A stretch of DNA of 64,000 nucleotides from the NCBI GenBank assembly GCA_947632125.1, contig CANRNV010000001.1:288-64287 (forward strand), in the 5' to 3' direction. The translations under genes and the position numbers were made by a program. The stretch comes from an uncultured Clostridia bacterium (GTDB lineage Bacteria > Bacillota > Clostridia > Christensenellales > Pumilibacteraceae). Each line of letters starts with the position of its first letter. Position 1 is the first letter of the stretch. Positions 16,420 through 24,959 of the stretch are shown one piece after another. Below the pieces are notes generated by a model. It saw only the letters and a list, made by a program, of their open reading frames with translations, was not told the DNA's origin and searched no databases.

Positions 16420-19038
16420 CTATGTCCTATCTTTGACAACTCGGCGTTTAATGAACTTTATAAGTTCGACGAGCGGGACGATCGTCACCGCAAGCCCCAT
16501 GGCGACGGCGTACTCATCAAGCGACAAGGCGGTAAAGCCGAAAGCCGAGGCAAGGAACGGGACGTAGATGACCAGCGTGGTCAAGGCAAGCGAGGCTGCG
16601 GCGGACGCCCAAATAAAGGGGTTGTGTTTTAGCCTGAACACCGACTTGTTTCGACTGCGCATATTGAACGAGTGGAAGATCTCCGCCATGGACAGTGTCA
16701 AAAACGCCATCGTCATTCCGTCGGGTGACGAGGCGAAAGCGAACTCTCCCGCTTCGGAATAGTGCCCTATAAGGTATGCGATCATCGTGATGACGGTTAC
16801 GAAAAAGCCCTGAATTATGATGTCGAACATCATTCCGCCCGCAAAGATTCCGTCTTTACTGCTTCGAGGCGGTCGCTCCATTATGTCGTCCTCCGCCTTT
16901 TCCATGCCGAGCGCCAAGGCGGGGAAGCAGTCGGTGATGAGGTTTATCCACAGCAAATGCACGGGCTGCAAAACAGTAAAGCCGAGCAGCATGGCAAAGA
17001 ATATGCAAAGCACCTCGGACAGATTGGAAGCAAGCAGAAATTGTATCGACTTGCGAATGTTGTCGTAAATGCGCCTGCCTTCCTTTGTTGCGGCGACGAT
17101 CGTCGCAAAGTTGTCGTCCGAAAGAACCATGTCGGCTACGTTTTTGGTCACGTCGGTGCCCGTGATACCCATGCCGATCCCTATGTCGGCGTTTTTTACG
17201 GACGGAGCGTCGTTTACGCCGTCGCCCGTCATGGCGGTTACCATGCCCTTTTTCTTCCACGCCTTGACAATGCGCACCTTGTGTTCGGGCTGGACCCGAG
17301 CGTAAACCGAGTACTTCTCTATGGACGCAAGCAACTGTTCGTCGCTCATTTCGTCGAGTTTGACGCCCGTGATCGCCTCGTCGGGCGAGGATATAATGCC
17401 GAGCCGCATTGCAATCGCCGTCGCCGTATCAAGGTGGTCGCCGGTTATCATCACCGTCCTTATCCCCGCTCTTTTGCACTCCTCGATCGCCCCCACGACC
17501 TCGTCTCGCACGGGGTCGATCATGCCCGTGAGCCCCACAAAGCACATATTCCGTTCGAGCGCCTCGGGGGTGAACGCGGGCACGGACGAGTGATACCTTA
17601 CGGCGCAGGCAAGCACCCGAAGCGCCTTTTGAGCCATCTGCCGATTTTCGGAGAGGATCTCACCGCGCATGGCGCTCGTCATCGTCACGACTTTGCCGCC
17701 TATCAAAGCGGTGTCGCAGCGACGGAGCAGTTCGTCGGGCGCGCCCTTGGTGAATTGGACTATATTTCCGCCGTGATCGTGTACGGTGCTCATCATCTTG
17801 CGCATGGAATCGAACGGAGCCTCGCCTATGCGGGGATATTCGCTTGCCGCCTCGTTTTTGTTTACGCCCTCTTTGGCGGCGAAGTTGACAAGGGCACACT
17901 CGGTAGGCTCGCCCTCGGCGCTGTCGCCGACCAAAAAGGCGTCGTTGCAAAGCGACATGGCAAGGCATATCGTCTTTTTGTCGCCCGAATATTCGACGAC
18001 CGTCATCTTGTTTTGAGTGAGCGTGCCCGTCTTGTCCGAGCAAATGACTTGCGTACAGCCCAGCGTTTCCACCGCCGTAAGCTTGCGTATCACCGCTCCG
18101 TGCTTGCTCATGTTGGTCACGCCTATACTCAGCACTATGGTAAAGACGGCGGCAAGCCCCTCGGGTATGGCGGCGACGGCAAGCGACACGGCGACCATAA
18201 ACGTGTCGAGCGTTGCCGAAAGCGTGATATCGGGATACAGCCGCATAAGGTCGATGGCGAAGATGAGGACGCAGATCCCTATCACGATAAGGCTGAGCAC
18301 CTTGCTAAGCTGGCTCAGCTTCTTTTGCAACGGCGTCTGCCCCTCCTTTGCCGTAGTAAGAGCCGAGGCGATCTTGCCCATCTCGGTGTTCATGCCCGTA
18401 GCCACGATCACCGCTTTGCCCCTGCCGTAAACGACGGTACTGCCCATGTACCCCATGTTCTTCCTGTCGCCGAGAGCCACCTTGCCGCCCGAAATGACGT
18501 CCGTCGTCTTGGTGACGGGCACCGACTCGCCCGTGAGCGCAGCTTCCTCGATTTTGAGGCTGTGACACTCGATGAGCCTGCAATCGGCGGGTACGCTGTC
18601 GCCCGCTTCGAGCACCACGACATCGCCCACCGCGAGTTCCTCGCTTTTCACAAGCGAAACGACCCCGTCGCGCACCACCTTGCTTTCGGCGGCGGTTATC
18701 TCTTTGAGGGCTTCGATCGCCTTTTCCGCCTTGCTCTCCTGAACGACGCCGAGCACCGCGTTTATTATGACGACCGCCATAATGATGATGACGTCGACAA
18801 ACGACTCGCCCGCCTTAAATGCCGTTATGCCCGATATGGCGGCGGCGACGATGAGAATGATTATCATGGGATTGAGGAGTTCGCCGAAAAACCTCATAAG
18901 AAGCGACTTCTTTTTGGGTTCGAGCAACTTATTGGGTCCGTCCTTATTCAGTCGCACCGTCGCTTCGAGGGCGCTCAGTCCGTTTTCGCTTGACTTATAA
19001 GCATTCAGAGTTTCCTTTGCGCTTAATTCGTAATCCAT
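16420..19038 (-). CDS. PII-type cation-translocating P-type ATPase (Ca2+/Mn2+ type)
   Basis: Motifs CSDKTGTLT (phosphorylation site), MITGDH, TGDGVNDAP, about 10 TM helices. I prefer ATG 19038 (MDYEL), because the track start ATGGAGGAG looks like the SD for it. Confidence 0.93.
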   Translation of the reverse strand: MDYELSAKETLNAYKSSENGLSALEATVRLNKDGPNKLLEPKKKSLLMRFFGELLNPMIIILIVAAAISGITAFKAGESFVDVIIIMAVVIINAVLGVVQESKAEKAIEALKEITAAESKVVRDGVVSLVKSEELAVGDVVVLEAGDSVPADCRLIECHSLKIEEAALTGESVPVTKTTDVISGGKVALGDRKNMGYMGSTVVYGRGKAVIVATGMNTEMGKIASALTTAKEGQTPLQKKLSQLSKVLSLIVIGICVLIFAIDLMRLYPDITLSATLDTFMVAVSLAVAAIPEGLAAVFTIVLSIGVTNMSKHGAVIRKLTAVETLGCTQVICSDKTGTLTQNKMTVVEYSGDKKTICLAMSLCNDAFLVGDSAEGEPTECALVNFAAKEGVNKNEAASEYPRIGEAPFDSMRKMMSTVHDHGGNIVQFTKGAPDELLRRCDTALIGGKVVTMTSAMRGEILSENRQMAQKALRVLACAVRYHSSVPAFTPEALERNMCFVGLTGMIDPVRDEVVGAIEECKRAGIRTVMITGDHLDTATAIAMRLGIISSPDEAITGVKLDEMSDEQLLASIEKYSVYARVQPEHKVRIVKAWKKKGMVTAMTGDGVNDAPSVKNADIGIGMGITGTDVTKNVADMVLSDDNFATIVAATKEGRRIYDNIRKSIQFLLASNLSEVLCIFFAMLLGFTVLQPVHLLWINLITDCFPALALGMEKAEDDIMERPPRSSKDGIFAGGMMFDIIIQGFFVTVITMIAYLIGHYSEAGEFAFASSPDGMTMAFLTLSMAEIFHSFNMRSRNKSVFRLKHNPFIWASAAASLALTTLVIYVPFLASAFGFTALSLDEYAVAMGLAVTIVPLVELIKFIKRRVVKDRT

Positions 19039-19055
19039 TAACTCCTCCATAATTA

Positions 19056-19167
19056 TAAAAAACTCATATACCCAAAAATAGGTACATGAGTCTTATTCTT
19101 TATAGATAAACCGGGCATTTAGCCGAGGTGACGACTTATCTCACAAGATGTGGAATTACTCCCTCAT
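19056..19167 (-). promoter_or_regulatory. Candidate yybP-ykoY-like (Mn2+) riboswitch with intrinsic terminator in the ATPase leader
   Basis: P1 is AUGAG (19167-19163) paired with CUCAU (19090-19086). GGAGUA follows the 5' strand, AAGUCGUCA is internal, and AAGAC precedes the 3' strand; all three segments resemble the motif as I recall it. The terminator ACUCAUGUACC/GGUAUAUGAGU plus U6 (19091-19056) reuses the P1 3' strand. Confidence 0.45.
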
Positions 19168-19174
19168 TTACCTC

Positions 19175-19203
19175 ATTAATCAATAAAAAATATATGCTGT
19201 CAA
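19175..19203 (-). promoter_or_regulatory. Promoter of the riboswitch-ATPase transcript
   Basis: Minus strand TTGACA (19203-19198), 17-nt spacer, ATTAAT (19180-19175). The predicted TSS falls just before the P1 helix. Confidence 0.5.
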
Positions 19204-19251
19204 GCGATTATTTATACTTGGCTCAAATTTTAAGCTGCCTGTAAAATTATA

Positions 19252-19306
19252 TTTTGTCAAATAAACGGATATATAATTTGACAAAACGTTTTGTATCATG
19301 TATAAT
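19252..19306 (+). promoter_or_regulatory. Consensus iorAB promoter with an overlapping 11-bp inverted repeat (operator candidate)
   Basis: TTGACA (19278-19283), 17-nt spacer, TATAAT (19301-19306). The inverted repeat TTTTGTCAAAT (19252-19262) / ATTTGACAAAA (19276-19286) covers the -35. Confidence 0.65.
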
Positions 19307-19336
19307 ATAAGCAAAGATAAGAATTTGGAGGTTATA

Positions 19337-21130
19337 ATGTCTAAACAACAGCTTATGACAGGCAACGAGGCAATCGCCCGAGGCGTCTATGAAGCCGGCG
19401 TTCGCTTTGCTGCCGCATATCCGGGCACTCCCAGCACCGAGATCCTCGAAAACATTGCTTCGTACAAGGAAATTTCCGCTCAGTGGTCGCCTAACGAAAA
19501 GGTGGCTCTCGAAGTGGCTTACGGCGCTTCCATCGGCGGAGCGAGAAGCTTTGCGAGCATGAAACACGTCGGTCTCAACGTGGCTGCCGACCCCTTCTTT
19601 ACCATCGCTTATACGGGCGGCAATGCGGGACTTGTCGTAGTCACCGCCGACGAGCCCGGTCAACACTCGTCGCAAAACGAGCAGGATAATCGCAACTACG
19701 CTCGTCACGCAAAGGTTCCCATGCTCGAACCGTCCGATTCGACCGAGTGCAAAAATATGACCAAGTTTGCCTTTGAACTAAGCGAAAAATACGAAACGCC
19801 CGTTCTTATTAGGGTAACGACGAGAGTTTGCCACTCCAAGAGCCTCGTTTCTCTTGAAGAAAGGCAGGATAAGCCCATCGTGCCCTACGTTAAAAATGCC
19901 GCAAAGTACGTGTGCGTGCCCGCCAACGCGAGGGTGCGTCGTGCCGAGGTGGAAAAACGCCTCGACGCCCTAAAAGAGTACTCCGAAAATTGCGAGTGGA
20001 ACGTTATCGAGGATAACGGCTCCGGTATAGGCGTCATCGCAAGCGGCATGGCGATAAATTACGCAAAAGAAGTATTCGGTAAAGATGCCGACTATCTCAA
20101 ACTCGGCTTCACTTTCCCCCTGCCCCTCAAAAAGATCGAGAGTTTCGTAAAGAAACACTCCAAGGTGTACGTCATCGAAGAAAACGACGAATACATAGAG
20201 GACGCCGTCAAAATGGCGGGCGGAAGAGATGTTTGCTTCGGCAAGTACGCTCCCGACGGAAGCAGATTTTTGCCCGCGTTCGGCGAACTTACCTCCGACG
20301 TAATAAGACGCGTGGTTACGGGCAAAGCCGTTCCCGCAGCCTCATTCGACCGCTCCAAGGTCATCGGTCGTCCCCCCGCGCTTTGCGCAGGTTGCCCGCA
20401 CCGAGGCTTCTTCTTCGAACTCGGCAAACGCAAGGACGTTATCGTTTCGGGCGATATCGGCTGCTACACGCTCGGCTTCGCCTCCCCCTACAACGCCATG
20501 GACTGCAACTGCTGCATGGGCGCATCGGTGAGCGGGGCTAACGGTATCCAAAAGGCGCTCGACATGGTAGAGGGCAACACCAAGCGCGTCATCGGCGTGC
20601 TCGGCGACTCCACCTTCTTCCACAGCGGTATGACGTCGCTCCTCGACATCGTTTACAACAAGGGCAACGCCATCACCGTCATTCTCGACAACCGCATTAC
20701 CGGCATGACCGGTCACCAACAGAACCCCGGCACGGGCTTCACCGCTCAGGGCGAGGAAACGACGGTCGTCGACATCGAGGGTATCGTCAAGGCGCTCGGA
20801 ATAAAGAACATCCGCATAATCGATCCCAACGACCTCAAACTCGTAAGGGAAACGCTCGATTGGGCAATTTCGCTCAAAGAGCCGTCGGTCATCATCACAC
20901 GCTATCCGTGCGTGCTTAAAAAGATGAGTTATTATGACAAGAACGAGTGGCCCGACGCGTACAAAAACAAGTGCAAAGTCGATACCGACAAGTGCATAGG
21001 CTGCAAGGCGTGCCTGCGCAGCGGCTGCCCCGCCATCTCGGTAAAGGACAAAAAGGCTGTTATCGACGGCACAATGTGCGTAGGCTGCACGGTGTGCAAG
21101 CAAATTTGCCCCAAAGCGGCAATCAATTAA
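19337..21130 (+). CDS. iorA: Indolepyruvate:ferredoxin oxidoreductase subunit alpha
   Basis: TPP-binding GDSTFFHSG and a C-terminal 2x[4Fe-4S] region (CIGCKACLRSGCP, CVGCTVCKQICP). ATG 19337 is preceded by GGAGG. Confidence 0.9.
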   Translation: MSKQQLMTGNEAIARGVYEAGVRFAAAYPGTPSTEILENIASYKEISAQWSPNEKVALEVAYGASIGGARSFASMKHVGLNVAADPFFTIAYTGGNAGLVVVTADEPGQHSSQNEQDNRNYARHAKVPMLEPSDSTECKNMTKFAFELSEKYETPVLIRVTTRVCHSKSLVSLEERQDKPIVPYVKNAAKYVCVPANARVRRAEVEKRLDALKEYSENCEWNVIEDNGSGIGVIASGMAINYAKEVFGKDADYLKLGFTFPLPLKKIESFVKKHSKVYVIEENDEYIEDAVKMAGGRDVCFGKYAPDGSRFLPAFGELTSDVIRRVVTGKAVPAASFDRSKVIGRPPALCAGCPHRGFFFELGKRKDVIVSGDIGCYTLGFASPYNAMDCNCCMGASVSGANGIQKALDMVEGNTKRVIGVLGDSTFFHSGMTSLLDIVYNKGNAITVILDNRITGMTGHQQNPGTGFTAQGEETTVVDIEGIVKALGIKNIRIIDPNDLKLVRETLDWAISLKEPSVIITRYPCVLKKMSYYDKNEWPDAYKNKCKVDTDKCIGCKACLRSGCPAISVKDKKAVIDGTMCVGCTVCKQICPKAAIN

Positions 21131-21143
21131 GGAGGCGACAATC

Positions 21144-21719
21144 ATGACAAAAAATATTCTGCTCGTAGGTGTCGGCGGTCAAGGTACCATTCTTGCAAGC
21201 AAGATCCTTACCCTCGGACTTCAAAAAGCCAACTACGACGTTAAAATGAGTGAGATCCACGGAATGAGCCAGCGCGGCGGCTCGGTCACCTCGCATATTC
21301 GCTACTCCGAGGACAAAGTCTACTCCCCCGTTATCGAGCTCGGGCAGGCGGACGTCATCGTCGCTTTCGAAAAAATGGAGGCGCTTCGCTATCTCGACTA
21401 TCTCAAAAAGGGCGGCAAGGTCTTTGTGAACAACTTCGAGATCCCCGGTATGCCCATCACATCCGGTCAAGCCGAGTATCCTAAGGGAATTATCGAGGAA
21501 CTGCGTAAGGTTGCGGACACCACCGTTATCGAAGCCGACCTCGAAGCCGAGAAGATAGGCAATCCCAAGGTAATGAATATGATCTTGCTCGGGACGATCA
21601 TCGGCTCGATGAAACTCGACCATATCGATTGGGACACGATCCTAAGCGAAAACGTTAAGCCGCAGTTCGTCGAACTCAACAAAGCCGCAATCCGTCGCGG
21701 AATAGAACTGAGCAAATAA
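21144..21719 (+). CDS. iorB: Indolepyruvate:ferredoxin oxidoreductase subunit beta
   Basis: 191 aa with an N-terminus typical of the 2-oxoacid:ferredoxin oxidoreductase gamma-type domain (ILLVGVGGQGTILASKIL). It lies 13 nt after iorA. Confidence 0.88.
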   Translation: MTKNILLVGVGGQGTILASKILTLGLQKANYDVKMSEIHGMSQRGGSVTSHIRYSEDKVYSPVIELGQADVIVAFEKMEALRYLDYLKKGGKVFVNNFEIPGMPITSGQAEYPKGIIEELRKVADTTVIEADLEAEKIGNPKVMNMILLGTIIGSMKLDHIDWDTILSENVKPQFVELNKAAIRRGIELSK

Positions 21720-21749
21720 TGTCATAAGACCAATCAAGAAACAAAAAAA

Positions 21750-21779
21750 CTGTCGCCCACGTAAAGGCGGCAGTTTTTT
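21750..21779. terminator. Bidirectional terminator between iorB and the transglutaminase-like gene
   Basis: CTGTCGCC-cacgtaaa-GGCGGCAG flanked by A7 and T6. Confidence 0.7.
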
Positions 21780-21880
21780 ATGCATTTTGTGTTTTTACAT
21801 CGGTTTAAGGTCGATATTTTTGTATAAGTTCGGTCTTTTTATTCGCTTGGACAAATTCGGTCTTTGTCGGCACGGATAAA

Positions 21881-24124
21881 TCAATCGCTTATAGACACAT
21901 TGGGGATGCGGATAAGCAGCAGTCCGTTAAAGAACGTGTGCGACGCGTCATACTCATTCAGGATCGAAGTAAAGCGGGAATAGTCCTTTTTGAAAAAGTT
22001 TTCGACCGCTTTGTTGACCTTAAACTCCAAACAGGCAAACTCTCGCGTGGAAACTTCGTCCCCTATCTTCACCTCGAAAGAAGCTTTTTCCGCCTCACTT
22101 TTCAGTGTCGCTTCGAACTCGTCGAAGTCGGCTCTCAATGCAAGCCCGTTTTTGTTGTAGAAGCCGTAGTTAAAGTACGCCTTGGGGTAATCGGCTCCTT
22201 CGACATGGTCGCTTGCCTCGTCGTCCGAAACAAGATAGTAGTTATGCAAGCCGCCCTCGTACATCTTGCCGCCCAGCGAAACGTTGGTGTCGCTCCACGT
22301 TGCGTCGAACACGTAATAGTTGCCGCCAAGCTTCACCTTATTCCAAGCGTGGCGTTGAACCGAGGAGCCTTGGGTCGCCGTACCCACCACCCTTATGCAA
22401 GGGATACCGAGCATATTGCACATAAGGCTCGCGGACTTGGCTATTCCGTCGCAGACGGCAAAGCCCGTTTGGAACACTCCCTCGAGGTAGTAGGCGGGCG
22501 ACTCGACCGCGTCGTAGATGTTGGGTTCCTCCGCCGAAACGAAGTCGTAGGCGGTGGTCCACATGATCCAATCGAAAACCGCCCTCACCCTGCGCTCTTC
22601 GTCCATGTCGTCGGAGATTATGTTTTTAAGCGTTTCCCTTACCTTTGTATACAGCTCGGACGTGTGCTCGTTGGTGGGAACGGGACAAAAGCCGTTGCTT
22701 ACGGCAAAGAACAGCTGTTCGGACGACGCCACCTCGCACTTCGGCAAGCTGTCCACGTAAAGCGAAGTGAGCCCGCCGCCAAACGACGGCACGCAAAGCG
22801 GCTCGTACGCGACTATGCCCAAGGGGTCGAAGTCGGTCGGCTCATTGCCCGTAAAACACTCTATCGTAAAAACGAGCGTCTTGCCCTTTTTCGTTTCGCC
22901 CTTTGCCGAGAGTTTGTATACGCCCGTCTGCTCGGTGCGCAGCCAGCCGTTGCATAATAGCAGTGCGGGAGTGAGGTCGCAGTCGTAGCCCATTTTGAGT
23001 TCCAACTTGATCTTCTCCTCGCCGTTTCTAAACGCCATGGCGTAGTCGATAATGTCGTACACCTCTTGGTTGTCAGCCATATAGTAGTTGCCCAAAAGAT
23101 AGCTTTGGGACAGATATTTTATGTCGGAATCGGTCAGAGCGGGCGAGGTTATTTCCGCCTTTAAGCCGCCCACCGCGTTTACGGCGAGGGTGTGCTCCTT
23201 TTTCAGGTCGAACCCGCTTAGATCAAAAGCCTTGCCGCTCATTCTCGGCGAGGAGGCGTCGTACACGGTCCCGTCCACAGCGACCTCGTACTCGACATTC
23301 GCCCCCTCCCAACGCAAAGTCACATTGGGATAGTCGCTGTCGAAGTCGCAAAGCACGTCGTGCGGAACTCCGCGCACCGAATACTCAACGCTGTCGGTCG
23401 CCACGCCGTTGACAAGCGCAAAGGCGGTGTACTCGCCCGACAGGTCGGCTGTAAAGCGCAATTCTGCACCGCTTCCCGCCTTTTCGCCGTCGATAAACCA
23501 CAAAATCACGGCGGACGGATCGCAGTTTGCGGTAAGCGTCACCTGCTCCCCCACTTTGTAAACCTCGCTCGAAGCCGAAATCGTCGTAGCCTCATCGGTC
23601 GGGACAAAGCACGCGACCTCGCAGTAGGCGGCTTGTCCGTGACACACCGCGCCGACCGTATACTTGCCGTAATCGGGCAAAGCAAAATCGAGCGAATATC
23701 CCTCGCCGGAGTAGGCTCCGTTTACGTACCAATCTATCTCTTGATCGGGCTCGGCATAAAGTCCCAACGACGCTTTGAAGTGCACGATCGCACCGACTTC
23801 GGTCACGTACGGCTCATCGCACGTGACGGTCAGTTCGTTATAGGCGTAGTCCACGACGACTTTCAACTTCCTTTTGCGGATCCCTTTCGAAACGGTAAGT
23901 TCGCCCTCGCCGCTACGCTCCGCCCTTATCACCGTACCTGCGATAACGCTTACGATGTCGCTCGAAGAGGAAACGACAAAGTCGCCGTCAACGTCACTCG
24001 ACAAATCGTAAAGCTGCCCCACTTCGAGCCTGAGCATGTCTATATTTATGCTCAATTTTTGGCACGAAACGAGTGGAACGGTTATACATATGATCATAAG
24101 TAACGAAAAAATCCGCTTTGTCAT
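21881..24124 (-). CDS. Lipoprotein with Ig-like repeats and a transglutaminase-like cysteine protease core
   Basis: 747 aa. Lipobox VPLVSC; core residues in FAVCDGIAKSA, QRHAWNKV and YVFDATW (Cys-His-Asp). Confidence 0.8.
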   Translation of the reverse strand: MTKRIFSLLMIICITVPLVSCQKLSINIDMLRLEVGQLYDLSSDVDGDFVVSSSSDIVSVIAGTVIRAERSGEGELTVSKGIRKRKLKVVVDYAYNELTVTCDEPYVTEVGAIVHFKASLGLYAEPDQEIDWYVNGAYSGEGYSLDFALPDYGKYTVGAVCHGQAAYCEVACFVPTDEATTISASSEVYKVGEQVTLTANCDPSAVILWFIDGEKAGSGAELRFTADLSGEYTAFALVNGVATDSVEYSVRGVPHDVLCDFDSDYPNVTLRWEGANVEYEVAVDGTVYDASSPRMSGKAFDLSGFDLKKEHTLAVNAVGGLKAEITSPALTDSDIKYLSQSYLLGNYYMADNQEVYDIIDYAMAFRNGEEKIKLELKMGYDCDLTPALLLCNGWLRTEQTGVYKLSAKGETKKGKTLVFTIECFTGNEPTDFDPLGIVAYEPLCVPSFGGGLTSLYVDSLPKCEVASSEQLFFAVSNGFCPVPTNEHTSELYTKVRETLKNIISDDMDEERRVRAVFDWIMWTTAYDFVSAEEPNIYDAVESPAYYLEGVFQTGFAVCDGIAKSASLMCNMLGIPCIRVVGTATQGSSVQRHAWNKVKLGGNYYVFDATWSDTNVSLGGKMYEGGLHNYYLVSDDEASDHVEGADYPKAYFNYGFYNKNGLALRADFDEFEATLKSEAEKASFEVKIGDEVSTREFACLEFKVNKAVENFFKKDYSRFTSILNEYDASHTFFNGLLLIRIPNVSISD

Positions 24125-24125
24125 T

Positions 24126-24959
24126 TTACTCCTCGTTTTCTTTGAAATATCTTATATACGATTTACGGCAATATGAGCACACCTCGTCGTCGGAGGCAGG
24201 TCGCCCCTCGAAAGTGTATCTTCCGTTCACTCTCCAACCGTTAAGGAGCGAGATCCTTACGGCGTCGTGCGGGCACCCGAACGAGCACGCCATACAGCCG
24301 GCGCAACCGGCGCCGAACTTCGGCTTTCCCCTCTCCATGACGATATTGCCGACGGGGCAGAGCGACGCGCATCTTCCGCAGCCCGAGCAGTCCGACAAGG
24401 TTGTAAAGCGCTTGCCTATCTTGGGCATGGCGACGTGCTCGATTTTGAGCGTAAAGGACACCGCTCGTTTGAAAGCGTTGACCTTGATCTTCCTTTTATT
24501 GAGCGAGGCGATGTCGGATGCGACCGACGTCGCTCTTCTTTGCGCCGACTGCCACATTCGCGCCGCCATCTCGTCCGAATGGCGGAAGATGATATTGTAC
24601 GGCATGACGAAAGTGTACTCGCCGAGGACGCTGTATCCTCGCTTTTTCAGCAGTCGCCTCGGGGTGATTCCCGCAGCGTCGTTGAGTTTGAGCGCTTCGC
24701 CCGAGGTGTGGACGATGTACGCCCTTTTTCCGTCGAGGCGTCCGAGCGACTTGATAAAGTTAAGCATGGGTCGGGGCGCATTGAAAGCGTGGACAGGGTA
24801 GCAAAACACGACGACGTCGGCGCGCGACGGATCGATCGCTCCGCCCCCTATCATGCGCACATCCGTTTCGTGCCCGAGGGCGTCAAGGCGCGTCGCGATT
24901 TCGCCCGCAACCTTGGTCGTGTTGCCCGTGCCCGAAAAGACGCAAAACAAAATTCTCAT
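24126..24959 (-). CDS. EFR1-family ferredoxin (flavodoxin-like domain plus 2x[4Fe-4S])
   Basis: N-terminal FSGTGNTTKVA flavodoxin-like motif. CSGCGRCASLCP and CAGCMACSFGCP clusters. ATGA overlap with the upstream gene. Confidence 0.8.
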   Translation of the reverse strand: MRILFCVFSGTGNTTKVAGEIATRLDALGHETDVRMIGGGAIDPSRADVVVFCYPVHAFNAPRPMLNFIKSLGRLDGKRAYIVHTSGEALKLNDAAGITPRRLLKKRGYSVLGEYTFVMPYNIIFRHSDEMAARMWQSAQRRATSVASDIASLNKRKIKVNAFKRAVSFTLKIEHVAMPKIGKRFTTLSDCSGCGRCASLCPVGNIVMERGKPKFGAGCAGCMACSFGCPHDAVRISLLNGWRVNGRYTFEGRPASDDEVCSYCRKSYIRYFKENEE

